From an uncultured Chitinophagaceae bacterium (GTDB taxonomy: Bacteria; Bacteroidota; Bacteroidia; Chitinophagales; Chitinophagaceae): a stretch of DNA of 64,000 nt. Both the position numbers and the translations under genes were made by a program. The DNA lies in contig CAVSJA010000001.1 of the NCBI GenBank assembly GCA_963728145.1, positions 393,511 to 457,510 of the forward strand, written 5' to 3'. Positions 19,044-28,525 of this stretch are shown in pieces. How positions within the stretch are numbered: position 1 is the stretch's first letter; every line of letters begins with the position of its first letter. The notes beneath the pieces were generated by a model. That model saw only the letters and a list, made by a program, of their open reading frames with translations. It was not told where the DNA came from and made no database searches.

Positions 19044-20024
19044 TTAATTCCGGACAGAGTCATAAATCGGCTTCTCTATCGGTCCCGATTTGTCTTTCCT
19101 GCCGAAAACAGAAACGTTTACATAGCGTTTCGGATGCAGTCGGAAATCGTCGAGCAAGGTAGTCAAACTGCGATTGGTCTCCCTAAGCTCATCATATAAT
19201 TTGCGATCATTTAACAGGAGTCCAAGCGTTCCATCCTTTGTGGTGAACTTGTCCAATGTCGCATTCAGCTTAGCCGTTGTACTATTTAAGTTATTGATCA
19301 TCTCATCCACTTTTGGACCGGCAAGTTTTGAAGTAGCAGCCTGGATATTACTTAATGTGGAGTCGATCTTTTGATTATTGTTCTTGATATTTCCGGTGAT
19401 GCTTTCAACATTGGCTAATGTATTGGTCAAGGTTGCCTGTTGTGCGTCTACCAATCGCCTCATTGAAGAGGTGGTTGCCGCAAGATTGGCAATTGCATCC
19501 TGCAAATTATTCTTGGTGTGGGGATCGATGACCATCGATACTTTCTGGATGAGTGAATCAAGTGAGTTCAATGCGCGGTTGACACTGTTCAATGTTGGAT
19601 TCAGATTGCTTCTCACCTCATCCATAATTCCAGGTTTTACCAGCGTCAAAAGTGTATCACCATCTTTCACATAAGTGGGGCTGTTTCCCATGCGAACTAC
19701 TATAGCAGTACTTTGAAGCAATTCGCTACTGATGAGGGCAGTTGAATTTTCGGGGATGTTTACATTCTGCGTGAGTTTAATTGCCACAACAATACCGGTA
19801 AGGTTTGCATCCTTTGCTTCGATCTCTGAAACCTTGCCGACCTGGAACCCATTGATCAATACAGGGGCCGAAGGGAGTAATCCTTCCACATTGGGAAAGA
19901 CAGCATATATAACATCATTCCTTACGGAAAGATCCTTTCCCTTTAAATAATTAAAGCCAAGTATAAGAACTGTAATTGCGATGGCCGTTAGGGCGCCGAC
20001 TTTGGTTTCATTAGAAATTTTCAT
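19044..20024 (-). CDS. MlaD/MCE family protein
   Basis: N-terminal TM (ETKVGALTAIAITVLILGF) then MCE domain (VLINGFQVGKVSEIE). ATG at 20024 (MKISNETK) is preferred to the longer ORF. Confidence 0.8.
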   Translation of the reverse strand: MKISNETKVGALTAIAITVLILGFNYLKGKDLSVRNDVIYAVFPNVEGLLPSAPVLINGFQVGKVSEIEAKDANLTGIVVAIKLTQNVNIPENSTALISSELLQSTAIVVRMGNSPTYVKDGDTLLTLVKPGIMDEVRSNLNPTLNSVNRALNSLDSLIQKVSMVIDPHTKNNLQDAIANLAATTSSMRRLVDAQQATLTNTLANVESITGNIKNNNQKIDSTLSNIQAATSKLAGPKVDEMINNLNSTTAKLNATLDKFTTKDGTLGLLLNDRKLYDELRETNRSLTTLLDDFRLHPKRYVNVSVFGRKDKSGPIEKPIYDSVRN

Positions 20025-20201
20025 GAAAGGATAATTTGGTCCGCTGCTCCGCCTTTGGTGGATACTAAAATCTGATGCCAGCAAAAATAAAGAAATTCAA
20101 CGGTTTGACCGTGAAACTGTTAACCGCCTACGCGAACCGGGTGCACTAAGCTTTATTTGAGGCGCAAGCTTCGGCGGTAAAGTAACGACCAAATGGGATG
20201 A

Positions 20202-21236
20202 TTATTTCTTTTTCTGAAAAGGAAGCACTGCCGGCGATTTAACTACCCTGGTTTCCTTATTAGGCGATGATGATGTTCCGGTGGCAGAAGGTTTTTCTTT
20301 ATCCGAAGAAGTTTCCGTGCTGGAAGGTTTGCCTTCAGTCAATGCCCTGTAACGCCTTAATGCATTTACTACGACATCTGACACCTCGTTTTGTCCTTTA
20401 TCGCTGGTGAGATAATCTTCTTCGTCTTTGTGAGTAATGAAGCCGGTTTCAACAAGTATACTTGGCATAAATGTGGCCTGCAAAACCCAGATCCCTCTCC
20501 AGTTTCTTTGTTTCACTCCTCTGCTTGGTCTGCCGTCCTTTGAAAATTCTTCTTCAACCATAGAAGCAAGGATCAGACTCTTGTCGAAGAAGCGCTTTGA
20601 CCAAAGTAACGACTTTGCCTTAAACTCAGGGTCATTAATATCTGGAACAAATTCGGTCGAATCATTGATCTCTTCCGGAATTCTGTCAGTAATTGCTTCA
20701 CTTTTCGAATCGGCCCGGTCGGCGGCCCAGATATAAGTTTCCGTACCATTCATCGGATTATCAGTATACCATATCTTATAGTTCCGAACTCTGCGAACAT
20801 ATTTCTTCCGGTTCTTACCCTTGCCCTTGTAATAGGTTTGGTTCTTCCATCCCGACGGAGTAGAATGCCTGATTTTTGGCGCTGCATTAACATGAATAGA
20901 GATAAAAAGATCACCATTGTTCCGGTTAGCAAATTCAGCTCTCGTTCTAACGGTGGGATAATTATCAGAAGTGCGGGTATACAAGAACTTTATGTCTGGA
21001 AATTCTGCCTCGAGTTTTTTGCCGAGTTTTAAAACGATGTCAAGACAAATATCCTTCTCAAATGAATTATCGCCTTTTGCGCCCGGATCTGAACCACCGT
21101 GCCCTGCGTCAATGATCACTGTACGCAAAACAGGTTTTTGTCGTTTTTCTTTTGGGGAATCAGTGAAAGATCCAAGAGGCAAAACCGCGAAAATTACGAG
21201 AGTAAGAATTAAAATTTTCTTGACCATAACCAGCAA
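20202..21236 (-). CDS. N-acetylmuramoyl-L-alanine amidase
   Basis: Amidase_3 motifs VIIDAGHGGSDPGA, SIHVNA, ILVETGFITHKDE. Confidence 0.85.
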   Translation of the reverse strand: MLVMVKKILILTLVIFAVLPLGSFTDSPKEKRQKPVLRTVIIDAGHGGSDPGAKGDNSFEKDICLDIVLKLGKKLEAEFPDIKFLYTRTSDNYPTVRTRAEFANRNNGDLFISIHVNAAPKIRHSTPSGWKNQTYYKGKGKNRKKYVRRVRNYKIWYTDNPMNGTETYIWAADRADSKSEAITDRIPEEINDSTEFVPDINDPEFKAKSLLWSKRFFDKSLILASMVEEEFSKDGRPSRGVKQRNWRGIWVLQATFMPSILVETGFITHKDEEDYLTSDKGQNEVSDVVVNALRRYRALTEGKPSSTETSSDKEKPSATGTSSSPNKETRVVKSPAVLPFQKKK

Positions 21237-21294
21237 ATACGATTTATAGGGTTAGTTAATCTTCACAAAACCTTAAATACTTAAATAGTTACAT

Positions 21295-23985
21295 TTGTCC
21301 GTGACTGCTATGATTAACAGGTTCAAAAATAGTTTAAAATACGGTACGAAGTCGATTTTGATCGTAGTATCGGTACTATTAACGGGTTATGCGGCGGCTA
21401 ATTATTCAACCGGCCCAATTTTTGACAATTTGTTAACTAGCCCGCTGCAAGACACTACCAAGCCAAAAACTCAAAAGAACGACACGATTCCCGGCAAGGA
21501 TAGCACCGTCACAAAAACAGATACTTTTCAATTAAAGATTTCCAGTGATTCCCTCGATGCACAGGTAGATTATGAAGCTGCCGATTCAGTGGTGCTCGAT
21601 GTGCCTAATAAACGAATCATTTTATATAGCAAGGGAAGAGTAAGACAAAAGGATATTGACCTTAGTGCAGATAGTATCGAGCTTGACCAGAGTAAGGACA
21701 TGCTTACTGCAACTTTCCGAAGGGATTCATTGGGCAATATGGTTGGCCGGCCTGTGTTGGTACAGGGGGGAACCACAATGGAATCGGACGTTATCCGGTT
21801 CAATACGAAGAGTCAAAGAGGAATTACAAATAATACCTATACCAGGCAGGATGAAATTCATATACATCTTGGGGTTTCGAAAAAGGTCGGTTCTGATGTT
21901 TATTATGCATCCAGGGGACAATTAACCACCTGTAATTTCGATACGCCACATTTTGCATTCCGTACCAATAAGATGAAACTCGTAAACAAAAAGGTCGCGA
22001 TCACTGGACCTGTTCATCCGGAATTTGAAGGCGTACCGGTACCTATCTATTTACCATTCGGAATGTTTCCACTTTCTTCAGGAAGACATTCGGGATTATT
22101 ACCACCACAGTTCACCGCCAGTGAGGATTTCGGATTGGGTTTGGAAGGATTAGGTTATTACAAAGTGCTCGGAGATAATTTTGACGTAACGCTCCGAACG
22201 AATATTTACTCTTATGGTGGATGGAACGTTTATTTAACTCCAAGATATCTGAAACGATATCGATACAACGGTTCATTAAGTCTCGCGTTGCAGAAAACCC
22301 GTATTCTCAGCGATGATCCTAAAACAGAATTCACGGAATCAAAAACTTTCAATATCACCTGGGCACATTCCACTGATAGCCGCGCAAGACCGGGAACAAG
22401 TTTTTCGGCGAATGTGAATGCCGGTTCAACAAAGTTCAATCAGTTTGTTGCGAACAACCCTGTAAGGAATTTTTCAAATCAATTGAATTCCTCCATTTCT
22501 TATTCCAAAACCTGGGGCCTTGCTAATTTGGCGTTAACCGCAAATCACAACCAAAATAATAATACCGGTCTCATTAATTTGAGTCTGCCTAATATGGCAT
22601 TTACCTTAAACACATTTTATCCTCTTCAGAAGAAGACATTCACTGGTCAACCAAAATGGTATGAAAAACTGGGTATTGGATTGAATACAAACTTTGCCAA
22701 CCAGATAAGCTTTTATGATTCTTTATTCAGTATATCTAGGATCCTCGATACTATTCAATGGGGAGCGCAACACAATATCCCGATACAGCTTTCACTTCCA
22801 CCATTGGGTCCATTCACGATCGGTCCTGGCATTTCTTACCAGGAAAAATGGTATTCAAGAAGGTTTGAGAGGAGATGGAATGATAACACGAAGAAAGTGG
22901 ATACAATCATCAACAAAGGATTTTATACCGCCAGGGATCTTTCATTCAGCCTGGGAGTAAGCACTGCCATCTTTGGGATGTTTGATGGTTTTGGAAAGAA
23001 CAGTAAGCTCTATGCCATTCGACATGTGATCCGTCCAACTTTTTCCTTTAATTACCGGCCTGACATGGCGAAAAAGGATTACTACAGCACGCAGATCGAT
23101 ACCACCGGAAGAGAGTTCCGTTTTTCATACTATGAAGGTGCTATTTTTGGTCCATTTTCCGAAGGTGAGTATGGAGGTATTGGTTTTGGCATAGATAATA
23201 TGATCGAAGGAAAAATTCGTTCGCCAAAAGACACGAGTGAAGGCGGAATCAAACGGTTCAAAATTATCGATGGATTTGGATTCAACGGAGGATACAATTT
23301 CATTGCAGACTCTTTCAAACTTTCGCCGCTTAATTTTTATGCAAGAAGTACATTGTTTGAAAAGATCAATATCACGGCCGGCGCAACACTCGATCCATAT
23401 CTCACTGATACATCAGGATTCAGGAAGGATATGTACGCCTGGGAAGGTGATAAATTTTCATTGGGTCATATTACCAGTGGAAACGTAGCTGTGAGCGCCA
23501 CCTTCCAAAGTCCTGCGAAAGATCCACCAGAAGACAAACAAGTACAAATAGACGATCCCAATCTGCCGCCATTAACATTGGAAGAACAAATGGCGCAATT
23601 GCAATATGTGCGTCAGAATCCGGCCGAGTTCGTTGACTTCAATATCCCCTGGTCATTGACAATTTCCTATTCTCTTAACTTTTCGAGAGTATTCAGACCG
23701 GACTACAGTGGATACCGTACCGAAACTAATTCGAATTTTAACTTCAACGGAGATTTCAGCCTTACCGAAAAATGGAAATTCGGAATGACCGGCTTCTATG
23801 ATTTTAAAACAGCCAAAGTGCAAACCCTCACCATGTTCATCACCCGTGAAATGCATTGCTGGCAATTATCCATCAACGTTACACCAGTCGGCCTATACCG
23901 CTCATTCAATATTACGCTCAATCCAAAATCAGGAATTCTTCGCGATATGAAAGTTAACAGGACGAGATACTTTTACGGAGGCTAA
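21295..23985 (+). CDS. Bacteroidetes-type LPS assembly protein LptD-like
   Basis: ~900 aa, N-terminal OstA-like region then large beta-barrel, divergent from the amidase/MlaD/OstA cluster. Confidence 0.65.
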   Translation: MSVTAMINRFKNSLKYGTKSILIVVSVLLTGYAAANYSTGPIFDNLLTSPLQDTTKPKTQKNDTIPGKDSTVTKTDTFQLKISSDSLDAQVDYEAADSVVLDVPNKRIILYSKGRVRQKDIDLSADSIELDQSKDMLTATFRRDSLGNMVGRPVLVQGGTTMESDVIRFNTKSQRGITNNTYTRQDEIHIHLGVSKKVGSDVYYASRGQLTTCNFDTPHFAFRTNKMKLVNKKVAITGPVHPEFEGVPVPIYLPFGMFPLSSGRHSGLLPPQFTASEDFGLGLEGLGYYKVLGDNFDVTLRTNIYSYGGWNVYLTPRYLKRYRYNGSLSLALQKTRILSDDPKTEFTESKTFNITWAHSTDSRARPGTSFSANVNAGSTKFNQFVANNPVRNFSNQLNSSISYSKTWGLANLALTANHNQNNNTGLINLSLPNMAFTLNTFYPLQKKTFTGQPKWYEKLGIGLNTNFANQISFYDSLFSISRILDTIQWGAQHNIPIQLSLPPLGPFTIGPGISYQEKWYSRRFERRWNDNTKKVDTIINKGFYTARDLSFSLGVSTAIFGMFDGFGKNSKLYAIRHVIRPTFSFNYRPDMAKKDYYSTQIDTTGREFRFSYYEGAIFGPFSEGEYGGIGFGIDNMIEGKIRSPKDTSEGGIKRFKIIDGFGFNGGYNFIADSFKLSPLNFYARSTLFEKINITAGATLDPYLTDTSGFRKDMYAWEGDKFSLGHITSGNVAVSATFQSPAKDPPEDKQVQIDDPNLPPLTLEEQMAQLQYVRQNPAEFVDFNIPWSLTISYSLNFSRVFRPDYSGYRTETNSNFNFNGDFSLTEKWKFGMTGFYDFKTAKVQTLTMFITREMHCWQLSINVTPVGLYRSFNITLNPKSGILRDMKVNRTRYFYGG

Positions 23986-23997
23986 TCCGCCTTCGGC

Positions 23998-24145
23998 GAG
24001 AACAGAGGAACAGAAGAACAGACGAATGACGATCGGTTCGTCTATTCTACTGATCTACTGTTCTGCTATTCATCTGTTCCTCTGTTCTCCTGTTCTTCTG
24101 TTCATCTGTTCTTCTGTTCATCTGTTCTTCTGTTCCCTTGTTCTC
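23998..24145. repeat. GAACAG/CTGTTC octamer-word inverted repeat with 11-unit right array
   Basis: Left gagaacagaggaacagaagaacagacg (23998-24026). Right array of eleven 8-nt CTGTTCNN units at 24058-24145. The last 28 nt lie inside the plsC ORF. Confidence 0.9.
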
Positions 24146-24894
24146 TGGAGATATTCCATCATCACAGTTCGAACCTTCTCCTTCAAGCTTTCCGGATTAT
24201 CTCCTGCGCTTACGGGAATCGGAGGCAGAAAATGCATTTCAAGACGATGAGGCATCAGGTAAAAAGTTTTTTTAGCAGGCAATACCTTCGCTGTATGAAA
24301 TATCACTCCTGGCAGGATTGCGTGTCCTGTGTCGGTTGCCAATCGAAATGCTCCACTGTGAAAAGGGGTAAGTAGTTCTTTCGTTTTGTTCCTTGTGCCT
24401 TCGGGATAGATGCACATATGTAAACCCATTTCCAGTACTTCTTTCATTTTTACAAAGCTTTCTTTCCGGCTGCTTTCACTCTTTCGATCTACTAATACCG
24501 ATCCAGTTCTGTAAAGCATTCCGAAGAGCGGAATCTTTGCCATTTCTATTTTAGCGATAGTTTTATTGCCCCCAGGAATTGCTGGGTAAGAAATTGGAAC
24601 ATCCATCAGGGAATTGTGATTGCAAACAACAATATAACTTTCACCTGGTTTGAAATAATTCCTGCCTTTTATTCTTAAGGGGCAACCGATCAAAGTGAGA
24701 TAAATTCCCATCCATACCTTCGAAAAACTTGAAAAACGCTTTGTCTTCAACGGATCAGGCTTGAAATGGCTGAACAATAAATACGGAATGAGAAAAATGA
24801 CAAGTGTGATGACAAATAATATCAAAGCCCAGAATGCTGCAATCCTTCCAAAAATTTCTTTCAAAACTTTCATAGAATTTTTTAAAGTGACCAA
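24118..24894 (-). CDS. plsC: 1-acyl-sn-glycerol-3-phosphate acyltransferase
   Basis: HX4D motif CNHNSLMD, EGTR motif IYPEGTRN. Confidence 0.85.
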   Translation of the reverse strand: MVTLKNSMKVLKEIFGRIAAFWALILFVITLVIFLIPYLLFSHFKPDPLKTKRFSSFSKVWMGIYLTLIGCPLRIKGRNYFKPGESYIVVCNHNSLMDVPISYPAIPGGNKTIAKIEMAKIPLFGMLYRTGSVLVDRKSESSRKESFVKMKEVLEMGLHMCIYPEGTRNKTKELLTPFHSGAFRLATDTGHAILPGVIFHTAKVLPAKKTFYLMPHRLEMHFLPPIPVSAGDNPESLKEKVRTVMMEYLQRTREQKNR

Positions 24895-25553
24895 TCGATT
24901 GGATCAATGCCATGCTTTACCAACCATTCATTTGCTTTGGAAAAATGTTTGCATCCAAAGAATCCATTATTCGCTGAATAAGGAGAAGGATGAGCGGCTT
25001 TTAATACCAGGTGTTTGGTTTCATCGATTAGCGCCTGTTTCTCTTGTGCGAATTTGCCCCAAAGCAAGAAGACCACATGTTCTTTTTCTTCGGATATTTT
25101 TTTGATAACTGCGTCAGTGAAGTTCGACCAACCCATTTTCGAATGGCTATTTGGTTCATTTGCCCGGACAGTTAAGGATGCATTTAATAATAATACACCC
25201 TGTTCTGCCCAATGTGAAAGATTTCCATGCGCGGCTATTTTACATCCAAGGTCTGATTGTAATTCTTTATAAATATTCATCAGGGAAGGAGGGGGAACCA
25301 CTCCATTTTGTACAGAGAAACTCAATCCATGCGCCTGACCATGACCGTGATAAGGATCCTGGCCGATCAGCACCAGTTTCACCTTATCAAATGGAGTTGT
25401 ATTGAATGCGTTGAAGATTAGTCCGCCGGGAGGAAAGATTGTTTTTCCCGCCATCTTTTCCGTACGCAGGAAATTTACGATCTCCAGGAAATAAGGCCTG
25501 GAGAATTCCGATTTCAAAACTTTTTTCCAGGTTTCGTTTATGCGAACGTCCAT
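24882..25553 (-). CDS. ung: uracil-DNA glycosylase
   Basis: GQDPYHG water-activating loop and HPSP motif. Overlaps plsC by 13 nt. Confidence 0.95.
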   Translation of the reverse strand: MDVRINETWKKVLKSEFSRPYFLEIVNFLRTEKMAGKTIFPPGGLIFNAFNTTPFDKVKLVLIGQDPYHGHGQAHGLSFSVQNGVVPPPSLMNIYKELQSDLGCKIAAHGNLSHWAEQGVLLLNASLTVRANEPNSHSKMGWSNFTDAVIKKISEEKEHVVFLLWGKFAQEKQALIDETKHLVLKAAHPSPYSANNGFFGCKHFSKANEWLVKHGIDPIDWSL

Positions 25554-25589
25554 TTGGCTGGCTTGAGTGCAAACTTAGTGGATTAGGAT

Positions 25590-25667
25590 GACAAGGTTGA
25601 CGGGGTTGACAGGGTTGACAAAGTTGATAGGATTAACAAGGTTTATGGGACGGTTCCCTTGTCAACC
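25590..25667. repeat. tandem nonamer array (GACNNGGTT)x6 plus short inverted copy
   Basis: gacaaggtt gacggggtt gacagggtt gacaaagtt gataggatt aacaaggtt (25590-25643), with cccttgtcaacc at 25656-25667. Confidence 0.85.
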
Positions 25668-25686
25668 TGATTAAGTAAATTGCCCC

Positions 25687-26820
25687 GTGAAGCTCGCCTC
25701 TGTAATACGATCACTGGGGATCGCAATCGTCCTAATAAGCTTTTTTGAACACGGCTCGGCTCAAAACGATTCTTCATCACGAAAAAAAAATAACAAGATC
25801 TTCAGCATCGGAGCAGGCGCGCATTATGGAACTATTTTTTCCCATTCACCTGAAGTAGAATATTCAAAAGGTTCCCGTCCTTTTGGGGTTGATATGAATT
25901 TTACCTGGCAGCGGAATGATTCAGCGACATGGAATCTTTGCAATTGTTTTCCCCGTTCGGGTCTTCTCCTTGCTTATTATGATTATGACAATGAGATCCT
26001 GGGTAAAAGTTTTTCCGCGGCTTATTTCCTCGAGCCAACCTACCGCATAAGTCCAAAAACATATTTTTCTTTCAAAGCGGCTGCCGGCCTTTCTTACATG
26101 ACTAATCCCTTTGATTCGATAGAAAATCCAAACAATAGATCTTATAGCACCACAATTAGCATGTATTTGTTATTAGGAATCGGCGTTTGGTTTAAGATTG
26201 ACAATAACTGGTGGGTCAATGGCATGATCAATTACCAGCACGAATCAAATGGCGGACTAAGGCAACCGAATAAAGGAATCAACTGGCCAACTGCAAGTCT
26301 TGCATTTAGTTATCAAACCAATCCTTCACCATATATTTTAGGCAGAAGGCAAAAAGAAAGATTCTGGAAAGGATATCCTATCCGATGGGATATCGGTTTA
26401 TTCGGCATTGCAAAACGTACACTCGATGAAAATGGAGAAAGCAAGAGAGTGCCCCTGGTCGGATTAAGCTTCCAGGGAGCAAAACAGGTTGGTTCAATCA
26501 ACAACATTACGCTTGGTGCAGAAGTTTTTTATGATGAAGCATTGCAGAATCAATTGAAACTTGATTCAATCGAGGCAAGTGCAACCCGTGCAGGCTTATC
26601 AATCGGACATGAATTCATTCTTGGAAAATTCCTTTTCAGCCAACGCATCGGTGTTTATATCTACAATCAAACCGACTATTTTGATCCCATCTATCATCGC
26701 TGGGGAATTCATTACAATATGACTAAGCATTGGGGAATTGGTTTTCATCTCATGGCGCATAAGCATGTAGCGGATTTTATTGATTTGCGGGTGACGTATG
26801 GTTGGGGGAGAGCGTACTAA
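25687..26820 (+). CDS. outer membrane protein, acyloxyacyl hydrolase (PagL-like) family candidate
   Basis: GTG start, signal peptide, beta-barrel-like pattern. Family assignment is from memory of Bacteroidetes annotations only. Confidence 0.45.
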   Translation: MKLASVIRSLGIAIVLISFFEHGSAQNDSSSRKKNNKIFSIGAGAHYGTIFSHSPEVEYSKGSRPFGVDMNFTWQRNDSATWNLCNCFPRSGLLLAYYDYDNEILGKSFSAAYFLEPTYRISPKTYFSFKAAAGLSYMTNPFDSIENPNNRSYSTTISMYLLLGIGVWFKIDNNWWVNGMINYQHESNGGLRQPNKGINWPTASLAFSYQTNPSPYILGRRQKERFWKGYPIRWDIGLFGIAKRTLDENGESKRVPLVGLSFQGAKQVGSINNITLGAEVFYDEALQNQLKLDSIEASATRAGLSIGHEFILGKFLFSQRIGVYIYNQTDYFDPIYHRWGIHYNMTKHWGIGFHLMAHKHVADFIDLRVTYGWGRAY

Positions 26821-26877
26821 GAGGCAAAGGGCAAGAGGCAAGAGGCAAGAGGCATCCTGATAATCCGATAGCTATCG
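26821..26877. repeat. heptamer array (GAGGCAA)x5 followed by 14-nt perfect palindrome ccgatagctatcgg
   Basis: gaggcaa agggcaa gaggcaa gaggcaa gaggca begins right after the stop codon. Palindrome at 26864-26877. Confidence 0.85.
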
Positions 26878-27109
26878 GGATCGGGAGGGTAATATTTAAA
26901 TTCAACTAAGGGGAAATATTTATTCCCACTTTTTGACCATCAGAATTTCCCCAATTTTTCGCTTAATACCTGTGGTTAGGAGACCATAAATCTTATGATT
27001 ATTTCGTTTACACGAACGCCAAATTATTTTTGGAAGATTTTCCCATTCTGGTTCTCGATGAAATGAAATTTTTCTTTTATTTGCCAAACCTGATCTACCC
27101 CTTTGAATT

Positions 27110-28501
27110 ATGAACCCTTTACTGAGCCGCTTTGTTCGCCTATTATGGATGCTGTTCCTTGTTGTCGCCTCTATCAATCAGGCGGCAGCGCAATCGTCCT
27201 CGTTTACTCCAACTGCGGAAGACAATAACCTCCTGAAAAAACTGATCGAGCGATACGAGTCATCGTATAAACAGTCATTATTGTCATTGCCCTCAACGAA
27301 CAAAACAGATTTTGAAAGGATTTATAAGGAGAGATGGGAGAATATAAAAGAGAAGTTTGACAAAAAAGAGATCTATACAAACAATGCTGCCCAGAAATAT
27401 CTTGATGGGGTGGTGGAAGAAATTATACAGGCAAACCCAATCCTGAAAGGTCAATCCTTTCAGTGCTATTTTTCCCGCTCGGGCATTCCTAACGCAAGTT
27501 TTATCGGTGAAGGAATTATTCTTATAAACATGGGTTTGTTCCATCGCCTCAATAATGAAAGCCAGGCGGCATTTGTTATTTCGCATGAGATCGCCCACTT
27601 CATGCTGAAGCATAGCGATAACGCTATAAAAAAATATGTAACTGCGATCAATTCCAAAGAAGTGCAGCAGCAATTGCGTGAAATAAAAGGCTCAGAATAC
27701 CGGAAGCGCGAACAATTGGAAAAATTGGTAAAGGGTCTTTCGTTCAGTACGCGTCGCCACAGCAGGGATCGTGAAAATGAAGCGGATTCATTTGCAGTAG
27801 AGTTGCTGCGAAATACTCGTTTTGATGTTTCTGGAGCGCTAAGCGCTCTCGCCTTGCTTGATACGATAGATACTGACCAATTAAATACGGCAGCTAGTCT
27901 TGAAAAACTATTCAATGCAAAGGGTTATCCTTTTCAAAAAAGATGGATTGCAAAGGAAGAAGGCTTGTTGGGAGGCCATGCAACGTTAAAAGAAGATGCT
28001 GAGATGGAAGATTCACTAAAAACACATCCTGATTGTTCCTCCCGAATAAAAGCAATTGGTCCGATGGTAAAGCGATTCGCCCAGGCTTCGGGATCAAAAA
28101 AGACAACAAACAGTTCCGTATTTGAAGAGCTCAAAAATATTTTCCCCTACGAAATTATCGCCTATACGTATGCGTCTGACAGATACACCCGCAGTTTGTA
28201 CTTTACCATAGAACTATTAGAGCAAAAGCCTGCAGATCCTTATCTCATCGCGCAGGTTGGAAAGCTCTTCAATAGTTTTTTCGCTGCACAAAAATCCCAT
28301 ACGCTCGGAAAATTCGTAGACCTGCCATCTCCGGATTATCGACCGGGGTATAATTTGCTATTACAGTTCATTCAAAACCTTTACAAAGAAGATTACGCAT
28401 CCATTAGTTACCATTTTCTCAAACAATATCAAACTCAATTGAGCAATTACGAACCATTTAAAACTGCTTATCAAAACAGTATTCAAATCGCACAACAATA
28501 A
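27110..28501 (+). CDS. M48 family metallopeptidase
   Basis: HEXXH as SHEIAHFMLKH, signal peptide, downstream NEADSFA glutamate motif. Confidence 0.8.
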   Translation: MNPLLSRFVRLLWMLFLVVASINQAAAQSSSFTPTAEDNNLLKKLIERYESSYKQSLLSLPSTNKTDFERIYKERWENIKEKFDKKEIYTNNAAQKYLDGVVEEIIQANPILKGQSFQCYFSRSGIPNASFIGEGIILINMGLFHRLNNESQAAFVISHEIAHFMLKHSDNAIKKYVTAINSKEVQQQLREIKGSEYRKREQLEKLVKGLSFSTRRHSRDRENEADSFAVELLRNTRFDVSGALSALALLDTIDTDQLNTAASLEKLFNAKGYPFQKRWIAKEEGLLGGHATLKEDAEMEDSLKTHPDCSSRIKAIGPMVKRFAQASGSKKTTNSSVFEELKNIFPYEIIAYTYASDRYTRSLYFTIELLEQKPADPYLIAQVGKLFNSFFAAQKSHTLGKFVDLPSPDYRPGYNLLLQFIQNLYKEDYASISYHFLKQYQTQLSNYEPFKTAYQNSIQIAQQ

Positions 28502-28525
28502 ACAAACCCTCAAAAGAAAATTTCT

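Noticed and set aside
26920-27177. 85-aa very basic minus-strand ORF in the spacer before the M48 gene (possible toxin or nuclease fragment)
   Set aside because: It overlaps the M48 start by 68 nt, has no recognisable motif, and its basic composition is what is expected from reading an AT-rich spacer. Probably spurious.
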